Assembly: GCF_018063565.1 (NCBI RefSeq)
Contig: NZ_JAGPBB010000008.1
Location: 5,282 to 69,281, forward strand
Length of the DNA: 64,000 nucleotides
Direction: 5' to 3'
DNA from: Rhodoferax sp.
GTDB lineage: Bacteria; Pseudomonadota; Gammaproteobacteria; Burkholderiales; Burkholderiaceae_C
The notes below the pieces were generated by a model. That model was given only the letters and a program-made list of their open reading frames with translations. It ran no database searches and had not been told where the DNA came from. Made by a program: the position numbers and the translations under genes. The first letter of the stretch is position 1. Each line of letters opens with the position of its first letter. This document shows, piece after piece, positions 1 through 9,484 of the stretch.

Positions 1-2561
1 TGCAGTCCGCTGAGTTGCGAGCCTTCGTCCAGCCCGATCAATGTCACGCCCTGGGTGGCGCGGCCAAGTTCACGGATTTCGCTGACCCGGGTGCGTACCA
101 GCACCCCCTTGTCGGTGATCAGCATGATCTCGTCGTCGGCATGCACCAGCGTGGCGGCGACCACCTTGCCGTTGCGCTCACTCTGCTGGATCGCAATCAT
201 GCCCTTGGTGCCACGGCCATGGCGGGTGTACTCGGTGATGCTGGTGCGCTTGCCATAGCCGTTCTGGGTGGCGGTCAGCACGCTTTGCGACTCGTCTTCG
301 GCAACCAGCATGGCAATCACGCTTTGGGTATCGTCCAGCATCATGCCGCGCACACCGCGCGCTTGCCGGCCCATCGGACGCACATCGTTTTCGTCAAAGC
401 GCACCGCCTTGCCGCCGTCGGAAAACAGCATCACGTCGTGCTTGCCGTCGGTCAGAGACGCGCCGATCAAGAAGTCGCCTTCGTCGAGATCGACGGCAAT
501 GATGCCGGCTTTGCGCGGGTTGCTGAATTCATCAAGCGCGGTCTTCTTGACGGTACCCATGCTAGTGGCCATGAACACATAGTGGTCGGCCGGGAAGGTG
601 CGTTTTTCACCTGTGAGCGCCAGCACCACGGTGATTTTCTCGCCCTCTTGCAGCGGAAACATGTTGACGATGGGGCGCCCGCGTGAGCCGCGCGAGCCTT
701 GCGGTACCTCCCACACTTTCAGCCAGTACATGCGTCCCCGGTTGCTGAAACACAGCAGGTAGTCGTGGGTGTTGGCAATAAACAGCTGGTCCACCCAGTC
801 GTCTTCTTTGGTGGCGGTGGCCTGTTTGCCGCGCCCGCCGCGCTTTTGCGAGCGGTACTCAGAGAGCGGCTGGCTCTTGATGTAGCCACTGTGACTCAGC
901 GTCACCACCATGTCGGTCGGGGTGATCAGGTCTTCGGTGGACAAGTCAAACGAGCTGTGTTCCACCAGGCTGCGTCGCGCGCCCAGTTTGGTCAGGCCAA
1001 ATTCGGTCTTGATGGTGCCGAGTTCGTCACCGATGATGATCGACACCCGCTCAGGCCGTGCCAGGATATCGAGCAGGTCATCGATGATGGCCATCACCTC
1101 TTTGTATTCAGCAACGATCTTGTCCTGTTCCAACCCGGTCAGGCGTTGCAGGCGCATTTGCAGTATCTCGCCGGCCTGCGTGTCCGACAGCCGATACAGG
1201 CCGTCTTTACCCATGCCGTACTGCAGCTCCAGCCCGTCGGGGCGGTAGTCGTCGGCGTTGACCACGCCCCCATCGGCCTTGGCACGGGTGAGCATTTCGC
1301 GCACCAGCTGACTGTCCCAGGCGCGGGTCATCAGCTCGGCCTTGGCGACCGGGGGTGTCGGCGACTCGCGGATGATGCGGATAAATTCGTCGATATTGGC
1401 CAAGGCGACCGCCAGACCTTCGAGCACATGACCGCGCTCACGCGCCTTGCGCAGCTCAAACACCGTGCGCCGCGTCACCACCTCGCGGCGGTGGTTCAAA
1501 AAGACCTCGATCAGGTCCTTCAGGTTGCACAGTTTGGGCTGGCCATTGACCAGCGCCACCATGTTCATGCCAAAGGTGTCCTGCAACTGGGTTTGCTTGT
1601 ACAGGTTGTTGAGCACCACCTCGGGCACTTCGCCGCGCTTGAGCTCAATCACCAGACGCATGCCGGACTTGTCGGACTCGTCCTGAATGTGGCTGATGCC
1701 CTCGATTTTTTTCTCGTGCACCAGCTCGGCCATGCGCTCCTGCAGCGTCTTTTTGTTGACCTGATAAGGCAGTTCGTCCACGATGATGGCCTGGCGCTGG
1801 CCCCGGTCAATGTCTTCAAAGTGACACTTGGCGCGCATCACGACACGGCCGCGGCCGGTGCGGTAGCCGTCTTTCACGCCCTGAATGCCGTAGATGATGC
1901 CGGCGGTGGGAAAGTCGGGGGCCGGCACGATTTCCATCAGCTCGTCAATCGACGCGTCCGGGTTTTTCAGCAGGTGCAGGCAGGCGTCGACCACTTCGTT
2001 GAGGTTGTGCGGTGGAATGTTGGTGGCCATGCCCACCGCGATGCCACCCGAGCCGTTGACCAGCAGGTTGGGCAGGCGCGTGGGCAACACCAGCGGCTCT
2101 TTTTCGCTACCGTCGTAATTGGGCCCAAAGTCAACGGTTTCCTTGTCCAGATCGGCCAGCAGCTCGTGGGCAATCTTGGCCAGGCGGATTTCGGTGTACC
2201 GCATGGCAGCGGCGTTGTCTCCATCGACCGAGCCGAAATTGCCCTGACCATCGACCAGCATGTGGCGCATCGAAAAATCCTGCGCCATACGAACGATGGT
2301 GTCGTAAACCGACTGGTCGCCGTGCGGGTGGTATTTACCAATCACGTCACCGACGATACGTGCCGACTTCTTATAGGCCTTGTTCCAGTCGTTGTTGAGC
2401 TCATGCATGGCAAACAACACGCGCCGGTGCACCGGCTTCAAACCGTCGCGCGCATCCGGCAGGGCCCGCCCGACAATCACGCTCATCGCATAGTCCAGAT
2501 AGCTGCGACGCATCTCATCCGCAAGACTGGTGGGCAGGGTTTCTTTGGCGAACTGGGTCAT
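1..2561 (-). CDS. gyrA: DNA gyrase subunit A; the C-terminal end runs off the window, about 853 codons are present
   Basis: Reverse-strand translation from ATG (2561-2559) reads [122 protein letters not shown]. This is colinear with E. coli GyrA, including the QRDR. The + strand ORFs 15-686 and 699-2654 are its shadow ORFs. Confidence 0.95.
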   Translation of the reverse strand, partial: MTQFAKETLPTSLADEMRRSYLDYAMSVIVGRALPDARDGLKPVHRRVLFAMHELNNDWNKAYKKSARIVGDVIGKYHPHGDQSVYDTIVRMAQDFSMRHMLVDGQGNFGSVDGDNAAAMRYTEIRLAKIAHELLADLDKETVDFGPNYDGSEKEPLVLPTRLPNLLVNGSGGIAVGMATNIPPHNLNEVVDACLHLLKNPDASIDELMEIVPAPDFPTAGIIYGIQGVKDGYRTGRGRVVMRAKCHFEDIDRGQRQAIIVDELPYQVNKKTLQERMAELVHEKKIEGISHIQDESDKSGMRLVIELKRGEVPEVVLNNLYKQTQLQDTFGMNMVALVNGQPKLCNLKDLIEVFLNHRREVVTRRTVFELRKARERGHVLEGLAVALANIDEFIRIIRESPTPPVAKAELMTRAWDSQLVREMLTRAKADGGVVNADDYRPDGLELQYGMGKDGLYRLSDTQAGEILQMRLQRLTGLEQDKIVAEYKEVMAIIDDLLDILARPERVSIIIGDELGTIKTEFGLTKLGARRSLVEHSSFDLSTEDLITPTDMVVTLSHSGYIKSQPLSEYRSQKRGGRGKQATATKEDDWVDQLFIANTHDYLLCFSNRGRMYWLKVWEVPQGSRGSRGRPIVNMFPLQEGEKITVVLALTGEKRTFPADHYVFMATSMGTVKKTALDEFSNPRKAGIIAVDLDEGDFLIGASLTDGKHDVMLFSDGGKAVRFDENDVRPMGRQARGVRGMMLDDTQSVIAMLVAEDESQSVLTATQNGYGKRTSITEYTRHGRGTKGMIAIQQSERNGKVVAATLVHADDEIMLITDKGVLVRTRVSEIRELGRATQGVTLIGLDEGSQLSGL

Positions 2562-2812
2562 GGGGCGGGCTTGAGGCAAAGCAAGAGCAGATGGAGTGGG
2601 CAGATTTTATGCTGTGTACTGTGTGGCAACTTAGCAACGGGTGGGGTAATTTAATGGGTGATGTCAGTGATAGTTGTGCTTTGCTTGCATCGGATCGTTT
2701 TTGCCGGAAAATCTGTGTGGCACAATCACAGCAACGCTCAATGTGATAGGCATTTTGAGCGTCCCATAGATCCTCACGCAGCGCTGCTGCGGCATTTTCT
2801 TCTAGGAGAACC

Positions 2813-3484
2813 ATGAAAAAATTGAACAAACTGGCGATGTTGATCGCTACCGCAGCTATCGCTTCTGCAGCCGGTGCCCAAACCGTCGACAACTGGCGTT
2901 CCGCCTATGGTGATGTTTGGAAGAATGGCTCCAACGAACTGTGCTGGCGTGATGCCTTCTGGACCCCCGCAACTGCCGCTGAAGGCTGCGACGGTGCCAT
3001 TGTGGCGCCCAAGGCAGCTCCTGCACCGGCACCGTTGGCTCCCGCAGCAGCGCCCGCTGCTACACCAACTGCACCGGCCGCTGCACCGACGCCTGCTCCT
3101 GCTCCGAAGCCCGCTCCGGTCGCTGCAACCAAGGTAACCTACGCTGCTGATGCGTTCTTTGATTTTGACAAAGCCGTGTTGAAGGCCGAAGGCAAAGCCA
3201 AGCTGGACGATCTGGTTGCCAAGGTCAAGGGTATCAACCTCGAAGTCATCATCGCCGTTGGTCACACTGACTCTGTTGGTGGCGACCCCTACAACCAGAA
3301 GCTGTCGGTCAAGCGTTCGGAAGCTGTCAAGGCTTATTTGGTGTCCAAGGGCATCGAAAAGAACCGTGTTTACACCGAAGGCAAGGGTGAGAAACAACCT
3401 GTTGCTGACAACAAGACCAAAGACGGCCGCGCCAAGAACCGCCGTGTAGAAATCGAAGTGGTGGGCACACGTAGCACCAAGTGA
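2813..3484 (+). CDS. OmpA-family outer-membrane/peptidoglycan-associated protein with a Pro/Ala-rich hinge
   Basis: Signal peptide MKKLNKLAMLIATAAIASAAGAQ, then a PA-rich linker. The C-terminal OmpA_C-like domain shows FDFDKAVLK..GHTDSVG..YNQKLSVKRSEAV..NRRVEIEV. An AGGAGA RBS lies upstream. Confidence 0.9.
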   Translation: MKKLNKLAMLIATAAIASAAGAQTVDNWRSAYGDVWKNGSNELCWRDAFWTPATAAEGCDGAIVAPKAAPAPAPLAPAAAPAATPTAPAAAPTPAPAPKPAPVAATKVTYAADAFFDFDKAVLKAEGKAKLDDLVAKVKGINLEVIIAVGHTDSVGGDPYNQKLSVKRSEAVKAYLVSKGIEKNRVYTEGKGEKQPVADNKTKDGRAKNRRVEIEVVGTRSTK

Positions 3485-3510
3485 TCTCAACCTCTGGTTG
3501 GTGTTGCACA

Positions 3511-3536
3511 AAAAACCCGCTTCGGCGGGTTTTTTT
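3511..3536 (+). terminator. Rho-independent terminator after the ompA-like gene
   Basis: aaaaACCCGCttcgGCGGGTtttttt: a 6-bp GC stem, a ttcg loop and a T-run. An A-run upstream makes it potentially bidirectional. Confidence 0.85.
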
Positions 3537-3647
3537 ATCTCCGATCGATGCGGAATTCTTGGTCTCCTGGCTGTAATGGCCAAGGGTTTACCCTAAAATG
3601 AAACCATGTTCTGAAATTTGGTGTTTCAGTTCAGCTGGAGGTGATGT

Positions 3648-4052
3648 ATGCAAATGAACGATGAAGTGTCGCGCCGTCTGGGCAGCTCGCTGGAACAACT
3701 CAATGCGCGCATTGCGCGCCTGGCCATCGGTTTGGGTATTTCTCTGGATGACCAGGTGTGTGTTGACACACTGATGCATCAACCGCAGATCAAGGCAGTG
3801 GCACAGGAACGCAGGGTCGCACGGCAATCCAGCTATCCGGCTGGCTCCATGGACCGCCGTACCGCCCACCAACGGGAGGAGTTGCGCGGCCTGCTGGTGT
3901 TGCGTTACCACATGGAGACCAATAGCGTGAATATCAATGGCCTTGAAATGACGCGTCAGGTGCTGCGCGATGCGCAGGATCATCTGGTACAGCAAGGTTT
4001 CAAACCGGGTGCCGACGGGCTGCAGCTGGATGATTTCTTTAACGCGCCTTGA
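3648..4052 (+). CDS. Hypothetical protein (134 aa), no family recognised
   Basis: GGAGG RBS 6 nt upstream of the ATG, and GC-rich third codon positions. The overlapping minus ORF 3588-4091 is H/Q-rich and looks like a shadow ORF. Confidence 0.5.
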   Translation: MQMNDEVSRRLGSSLEQLNARIARLAIGLGISLDDQVCVDTLMHQPQIKAVAQERRVARQSSYPAGSMDRRTAHQREELRGLLVLRYHMETNSVNINGLEMTRQVLRDAQDHLVQQGFKPGADGLQLDDFFNAP

Positions 4053-4089
4053 TGCTGGTGCTGCCCGATTGTTAACCTGACGCTGTGCC

Positions 4090-5511
4090 ATGAATTTACC
4101 CCTCGATACCGAACTGGTCGAAAACTACACCTTTGATGAAATTACGCTTGGCCAAAGTGCACGTCTGTTGCGCACACTGAGCCTGCAGGACATCGAGGCC
4201 TTTGCGGCGGTATCGGGTGACACCAACCCGGCTCATCTGGACCCCGAGTACGCCAACGACACCTTGTTTCACGGCGTGATTGCGCACGGTATGTGGAGTG
4301 GTGCGCTGATTTCGGCCTTGCTGGGCACGCAGTTTCCGGGGCCGGGGACGATTTATCAGGATCAGGCATTGCACTTTGTCAGGCCGGTGCGTGTGGGTGA
4401 CACACTGACGGTGACAGTGACCGTGATCGGGCGCGACCCATCGAACAACAGCGTCGAGCTCGACTGCCAGGTGGTCAACCAGAGCGGGCACTGCGTACTC
4501 AGTGGCCGGGCACGAGTACTGGCACCGACCGTCAAGGTGCGACTGCCCCGTGTCACGGCACCACGTATCCAGGTGTCTGACCCGCAGGCGAGGTTCAACG
4601 AGTTGCTATCGATGAGCGACAACCTGGACGCCGTGCGTTGTGCCGTGGTGCACCCGTGTGACGAAGGTTCGCTCAGCGGGGCCATGGACTCGGCGCGCTA
4701 TGGCTTGATCGTGCCGGTGCTGATCGGCCCCGAAGCCCGCATCCGCCATGTTGCGGCGGAGCACGGCATCGACCTGACCGGTGCCGAAATCTTGTCTGAG
4801 CCACATAGCCATGCTGCCGCCGAACGTGCCGCCGAACTGGCCGTCAGCGGCGATGTGGAAATGCTCATGAAGGGCAGTCTGCACACGGACGAGCTGATTC
4901 ATGCGGTGCTCTCCAAAGCGGTGTTGCGCACCGGGCGGCGCATGTCACATGTGTTCCGCTTTGACGTGCCCCTGTACCACAAGCCGCTGCTGATCACCGA
5001 TGCGGCACTCAACATCCGGCCGACCCTGTCGGAAAAGGTTGACATCATCCAGAATGCGATTGACTTTGCCCGCATCATGGGTGTCAGCACGCCAAAGGTG
5101 GCGATTTTGTCGGCGGTTGAAACAGTCAACCCGAATATACCGTCGACGCTGGATGCCGCAGCGCTGTGCAAGATGGCCAGCCGTGGCCAGATTACCGGCG
5201 GCATCCTTGACGGCCCGCTGGCTTTTGACAACGCCATCTCGATGCACGCCGCGCAGATCAAACACATCACCTCCGAGGTGGCCGGTCATGCTGACATCAT
5301 GGCCGTTCCAGATCTGGAGAGTGGCAATATGCTGGCCAAGCAGCTGGAGTATCTGGCCGGTGCCAGTGGCTCCGGTCTGGTCCTCGGTGCCCGTGTGCCC
5401 ATCGCGCTGACCAGCCGTGCCGAAGGCCCGTCCAACCGTGTTGCCTCGGCCCTGCTGGGCCTGATGGTGGCGCATAACGCCCGTCGCAATCACCCACGCC
5501 TCGCCTGGTAG
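4090..5511 (+). CDS. pta: Bifunctional MaoC-like (R)-hydratase domain / phosphate acetyltransferase (PTA_PTB)
   Basis: N-terminal hot-dog MaoC region (SGDTNPAHLDPEYA..HGMW..). The C-terminal ~320 aa is a phosphate acetyl/butyryl transferase domain (VVHPCDE..VLIGP..AILS..LDGPLAFDNA..). It sits directly upstream of ackA. Confidence 0.85.
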   Translation: MNLPLDTELVENYTFDEITLGQSARLLRTLSLQDIEAFAAVSGDTNPAHLDPEYANDTLFHGVIAHGMWSGALISALLGTQFPGPGTIYQDQALHFVRPVRVGDTLTVTVTVIGRDPSNNSVELDCQVVNQSGHCVLSGRARVLAPTVKVRLPRVTAPRIQVSDPQARFNELLSMSDNLDAVRCAVVHPCDEGSLSGAMDSARYGLIVPVLIGPEARIRHVAAEHGIDLTGAEILSEPHSHAAAERAAELAVSGDVEMLMKGSLHTDELIHAVLSKAVLRTGRRMSHVFRFDVPLYHKPLLITDAALNIRPTLSEKVDIIQNAIDFARIMGVSTPKVAILSAVETVNPNIPSTLDAAALCKMASRGQITGGILDGPLAFDNAISMHAAQIKHITSEVAGHADIMAVPDLESGNMLAKQLEYLAGASGSGLVLGARVPIALTSRAEGPSNRVASALLGLMVAHNARRNHPRLAW

Positions 5512-5522
5512 GAGCTTTTCTC

Positions 5523-6707
5523 ATGGCCATTCTTTCTGTCAACGCGGGGTCTTCCTCGCTCAAATTTTCCCTGTACCCCCTGTTGGACGGGGTGGTGCAG
5601 CCGCAGGTGCTGGTTGGCAACATCGAGGGACTGGAGCCGGGTGGAGCCCCTGAAATGCGCTGGACCTATCAGTCGCACAGTCATGTCAAACCGCTCCAGC
5701 TGGGTAGCGAGCAGGTGTTTGCCCAGGCTCTGGCGGTTTTGCGCGAATTGCTGGGCACACTTCCGGGTGTGCCGCCACTCACGGCGGTGGCGCATCGCGT
5801 GGTGCATGGCGCGGCGATGTTTCGTGAGAGCCTGGTGGTCACCGATGCGGTCCTGGCGCAACTGACCGAGTTCAACTCGCTGGCACCTCTGCACCAACCG
5901 CACAATCTGGCGGGCATACGCGCGTTTCGTGAAGCCTTTGCGGATATTCCCCAGGTGGCCTGTTTTGACACTGCTTTTCATGCCACGTTGCCAGAAGTGG
6001 ACTACCGCTTTGCGCTGCCCGAGTCGCTGTACCAGCAGGGGTTGCGCCGCTACGGCTTTCACGGTCTGTCTTACCAGTATGTCATTGGTGCATTGCTAGC
6101 ACACACGCCGCGCGCCAGCGGTCGGGTGCTGATGGCGCATTTGGGCAACGGTGCCAGCCTTTGCGCCGCCTTGGCGGGCAAAAGTGTGGCCACCACCATG
6201 GGGTTTTCAGCGCTTGACGGTCTGATGATGGGCACCCGCACCGGTTCGCTGGATGCCGGGGTGATGCTGTATTTGCTGGAGCACGGCTGGGACCACGCCC
6301 AGCTGCAAAAACTGCTGTACAAGCAAAGCGGCCTGCTCGGTGTGTCGGGCAGTTCGGCCGACATGCGGCGCTTGCGCTCGGACAACAGCACGGGCGCCAA
6401 ACTGGCCACCGACATGTTCGCGTACCGGGTGGTGCGCGAGGCGGGCGCACTGGTCGCCTGCCTGCAAGGACTGGACGTACTGGCTTTCAGCGGGGGAATT
6501 GGTGAACACGACGTGGCCTTGCGCGCGGAGCTTGGCCAAAAACTGGCCTGGATGGGGGTTGACATCGACCCGCAGCGCAACGCTGAAGCGACCCACGATG
6601 CGGTGCTGCCGATCCATAGCCCGGGCAGCAAGGTCGAGGTATGGGTGGTGCCGACCGACGAAGGTGTCGTCGCCGCGCGCGAGGCCGCCCGTCTGATCGG
6701 TGCCTGA
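5523..6707 (+). CDS. ackA: Acetate kinase
   Basis: MAILSVNAGSSSLKFSLY.., HRVVHG, FDTAFH, YGFHGLSY, AHLGNGAS and FSGGIGE motifs. Confidence 0.95.
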   Translation: MAILSVNAGSSSLKFSLYPLLDGVVQPQVLVGNIEGLEPGGAPEMRWTYQSHSHVKPLQLGSEQVFAQALAVLRELLGTLPGVPPLTAVAHRVVHGAAMFRESLVVTDAVLAQLTEFNSLAPLHQPHNLAGIRAFREAFADIPQVACFDTAFHATLPEVDYRFALPESLYQQGLRRYGFHGLSYQYVIGALLAHTPRASGRVLMAHLGNGASLCAALAGKSVATTMGFSALDGLMMGTRTGSLDAGVMLYLLEHGWDHAQLQKLLYKQSGLLGVSGSSADMRRLRSDNSTGAKLATDMFAYRVVREAGALVACLQGLDVLAFSGGIGEHDVALRAELGQKLAWMGVDIDPQRNAEATHDAVLPIHSPGSKVEVWVVPTDEGVVAAREAARLIGA

Positions 6708-6721
6708 TTCGCGTCAAAGCG

Positions 6722-7465
6722 GTGCAACTGCAGGACATCCTTTACAGCCAGGGTTTTGGCACCCGGCGCGTTTGTGCCGGTCTGATCCAGCAGGGCCATG
6801 TCCAGGTTTATGATCGAAATGACCCTCTAGCGCTTTCCCCTGTTAGCAATGCAGCTATGGAGTTAAAAGCGGATGAACTGCGTTTTCGGGTCCAGGGGGT
6901 GGATTGGCATTACGCCGAACGCGCCTACATCCTGCTGTACAAGCCCGTTGGCACCGAATGTTCGCAAAAACCGTCGACTTACCCAAGCGTCTACACCTTG
7001 TTGCCGGCACCGCTGCGGCAGCGACCCCAAAAAGGGGCGGTGCAAGGTGTGCAGGCGGTAGGGCGACTCGATCAGGATACCAGCGGTCTTTTGCTGCTGA
7101 CCGACGATGGCAAGTTCATCCACCGCATGAGTTCACCGCGGCACCAAGTACCCAAGGTATACGAGGTTCGCGTCAGGCACGCCCTGGACGAACCGCAGAT
7201 CCGACGCCTGCTCGACGGTGTGGTGCTGGACGATGACCCCGCGCCGGTGCGTGCAGCCGCCTGCGAGGTGGTGTCTGATCACCATTTGCGACTGACACTG
7301 ACGCAGGGCAAATACCATCAGGTCAAGCGCATGGTGGCTGCCGTCAGCAACCGGGTGGAGGCCTTGCACCGTTCACAAATTGGCGCACTGGTGCTGCCAC
7401 CGGATCTGAAGCCAGGGCAATGGCGCTGGCTGGACGCATCCGATTTGGCTCTGATCAACGCCTGA
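6722..7465 (+). CDS. rsuA: RsuA-type rRNA pseudouridine synthase (S4 domain + PseudoU_synth_2)
   Basis: A GTG start at 6722 gives MQLQDILYSQGFGTRRV (S4-like). The catalytic motif GRLDQDTSGLLLLTDDG is present. The track ORF start at 6641 would overlap ackA and is unlikely. Confidence 0.8.
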   Translation: MQLQDILYSQGFGTRRVCAGLIQQGHVQVYDRNDPLALSPVSNAAMELKADELRFRVQGVDWHYAERAYILLYKPVGTECSQKPSTYPSVYTLLPAPLRQRPQKGAVQGVQAVGRLDQDTSGLLLLTDDGKFIHRMSSPRHQVPKVYEVRVRHALDEPQIRRLLDGVVLDDDPAPVRAAACEVVSDHHLRLTLTQGKYHQVKRMVAAVSNRVEALHRSQIGALVLPPDLKPGQWRWLDASDLALINA

Positions 7466-8422
7466 GTGATCGCCTCCGACCTGATTTGGCTACTCAGGTA
7501 TGCTTCGGGGATGAGCTTACTGTTTGACTCCTTTTGGCGAGCGCTGGCGTATTGCTTGCGCCCCCGGGTGATTGCACTGTCGTTTATGCCCCTGCTGCTG
7601 ATGGTCGGGCTGGCCCTGGGGCTGGGCTATCTTTACTGGGACCTGGCGCTGGAGTGGGTGCGATCGTGGGTGGACTCCTCCACTTTGATTTCGACCTTGT
7701 CGGGCTGGTTGCACGGGCTGGGCCTGGGTGGTCTGAAAGCTGTGCTGGTGCCGCTGATGGTGATCTTTGCCGTCACACCCCTGATCGTGGTGGTGTCACT
7801 TCTGGCAGTTGCCTTGTTGATGACCCCGGCATTGACCTCGCTGGTGGCGGAAAAGCGTTTTCCGAAATTGGAGCGCAAACACGGCAACTCGTTCTTGACC
7901 AGCCTGATGTGGTCGCTGCTGTCGGCGGGTCTGGCGCTGGTGGCGCTGGTGGTGTCAGTGCCGCTGTGGCTGATTCCACCCTTGATCCTGATTCTGCCGC
8001 CGTTGATCTGGGGCTGGCTGACCTACCGGGTGATGGCTTTCGACGCGCTGGCCGAACACGCCAGTGCTGAAGAACGGCGCGAGGTTTTCCGTCGTCACCG
8101 CATGGCGCTGCTGAGCATCGGTCTGGTGTGTGGCTATCTGGGTGCCGCGCCGAGCCTGATCTGGGCATCGGGTGCCCTGCTGGCGGCGGCTTTTGTGTTT
8201 TTGGTGCCGCTGGCGATCTGGATCTACACCCTGGTGTTTGCCCTGTCTTCCCTGTGGTTTGCGCACTTTTGCCTGGCTGCCTTGCAAGCGCTGCGGGCAG
8301 AACGCGCGCAGGCCGCAACAAAAGCACCGGTTGCCCAGGAAAGCGCTGCAGCTCTGATCCTGGATGAACCTGCCAACTCCCTGACCTATGACCAGCCCAG
8401 CAGCCAAACTCCCCACCCTTGA
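7466..8422 (+). CDS. EI24/CysZ-like polytopic inner-membrane protein
   Basis: Multiple hydrophobic helices, with an overall resemblance to the EI24/CysZ (DUF540-like) family. The start is uncertain: GTG 7466 abuts the rsuA stop, and ATG 7511 is the alternative. Confidence 0.5.
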   Translation: MIASDLIWLLRYASGMSLLFDSFWRALAYCLRPRVIALSFMPLLLMVGLALGLGYLYWDLALEWVRSWVDSSTLISTLSGWLHGLGLGGLKAVLVPLMVIFAVTPLIVVVSLLAVALLMTPALTSLVAEKRFPKLERKHGNSFLTSLMWSLLSAGLALVALVVSVPLWLIPPLILILPPLIWGWLTYRVMAFDALAEHASAEERREVFRRHRMALLSIGLVCGYLGAAPSLIWASGALLAAAFVFLVPLAIWIYTLVFALSSLWFAHFCLAALQALRAERAQAATKAPVAQESAAALILDEPANSLTYDQPSSQTPHP

Positions 8423-9227
8423 TGCCAACCGCCGATTTGGTCTGATCATCATTGGCGACGAAATCCTGTCGGGTAAACGTGCCGACAAACATCTGCCCAA
8501 GGTCATTGAACTGCTCGCGTCGCGTGGTTTGTCGCTGGCCTATGCGGAATACGTGGGCGACGAGCCGGAACGTATCACCACTGCGCTGACCCGGGCCTTT
8601 GCATCGGGTGACGTTGTTTTCTCGACCGGCGGCATCGGTGCCACGCCGGATGACCATACCCGGCAATGTGCAGCCAAAGCCTTGGGAGTCGGGCTGCAAC
8701 TGCACCCGCAGGCCAAGGGGCTGATCGAGCAGCGTATGCAGGATCTGGCGCTCGAGAAGGGGTTGGTGTATGACCCGCAGGCGCCAGACAACCAGCACCG
8801 TCTCAACATGGGTGTGTTTCCGCTGGGCGCAGAAATCATTCCCAACCCCTACAACAAAATTGCCGGTTTCAGTTGCGGGCATGTGCACTTTGTACCGGGT
8901 TTTCCGGTGATGGCCTGGCCAATGATTGAATGGGTGCTCGACACCCACTATGCCGATTGCTTCAGGGTGAAGGCCTGGTTGGAGCAGTCGATCATTGTGA
9001 TGGGCGCCATGGAGGCGACTTTGACGCCGCTGATGGAGCAGATCGAGCGTGACCATGCAGGCGTCAGGGTGTTCAGCCTGCCCAGCGTGGACCATCCGCA
9101 ATATGGGCGACACATTGAACTGGGGGTCAAAGGTGCACCGTCGTCCGTTGGCCCGGCCTATGCGGCCCTGCTGGTCGGGCTTGGCCAGTTCAAGCTGCAA
9201 CTTGGCCCTGAGTTGGTGCGCGACTGA
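8388..9227 (+). CDS. CinA-like / MoCF-biosynthesis (molybdopterin-binding) domain protein
   Basis: FGLIIIGDEILSGKRADKH..VFSTGGIGATPDDHT is the MoaB/MogA/CinA N-terminal fold signature. Confidence 0.7.
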   Translation: MTSPAAKLPTLDANRRFGLIIIGDEILSGKRADKHLPKVIELLASRGLSLAYAEYVGDEPERITTALTRAFASGDVVFSTGGIGATPDDHTRQCAAKALGVGLQLHPQAKGLIEQRMQDLALEKGLVYDPQAPDNQHRLNMGVFPLGAEIIPNPYNKIAGFSCGHVHFVPGFPVMAWPMIEWVLDTHYADCFRVKAWLEQSIIVMGAMEATLTPLMEQIERDHAGVRVFSLPSVDHPQYGRHIELGVKGAPSSVGPAYAALLVGLGQFKLQLGPELVRD

Positions 9228-9228
9228 T

Positions 9229-9245
9229 TGCACCTGTTTGGTGCG
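9229..9245 (+). promoter_or_regulatory. Candidate NtrC enhancer site upstream of glnA
   Basis: TGCACCTGTTTGGTGCG against the NtrC consensus TGCACCA-N3-TGGTGCA. A weaker half-site-like copy, CGCATTGTTTTGGTGCT, lies at 9254-9270. Confidence 0.6.
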
Positions 9246-9420
9246 TTGGTTTTCGCATTGTTTTGGTGCTTGTTGATGGTTCTTCACTTCCCCAGTTGCC
9301 CGTGTCTGGCGCGGTGAGGGGGTTGGGCAGCGGCTACAGCAAAAAACACGGGCACCCGGCCCCACCGGTCAAACTCAAGGCAAAATAGAGCGTCAGTCCA
9401 CGCGGGTGGTCCACCATAGC

Positions 9421-9436
9421 TGGCACAGAACCTGCA
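9421..9436 (+). promoter_or_regulatory. Sigma-54 (-24/-12) promoter of glnA
   Basis: TGGCACagaacCTGCA matches TGGCAC-N5-TTGCA (GG-N10-GC spacing), about 50 nt upstream of the glnA ATG. Confidence 0.7.
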
Positions 9437-9484
9437 TCAGTTGAGCAAGAACCTTTTTTACAACGACCCAACCAGGAGTATTTG

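Noticed and set aside
15-2654. Track ORFs 15-686 (223 aa) and 699-2654 (651 aa) on the + strand
   Set aside because: They are H/V/G/Q-rich shadow translations antisense to gyrA. The minus strand gives an unambiguous GyrA sequence.
2718-2733. Sigma-54-like TGGCACaatcaCAGCA upstream of the ompA-like gene
   Set aside because: The GG-N10-GC spacing fits, but the -12 region is poor, there is no enhancer-like site, and an OmpA-family gene is an unlikely RpoN target. It is probably a chance match.
3000-3125. Apparent tandem-repeat-like Pro/Ala-rich stretch in the ompA-like gene
   Set aside because: It is a low-complexity hinge typical of OmpA-family proteins. There is no exact nucleotide repeat unit, so it is not a separate feature.
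6641-6721. Long 5' extension of the rsuA ORF overlapping ackA
   Set aside because: The extension is Arg-rich with no homology. The GTG at 6722 gives the canonical S4-domain N-terminus.
7773-9365. 530-aa minus-strand ORF
   Set aside because: It is an Arg/Pro/Gly-rich shadow ORF antisense to the EI24-like and CinA-like genes, with no recognisable domain.
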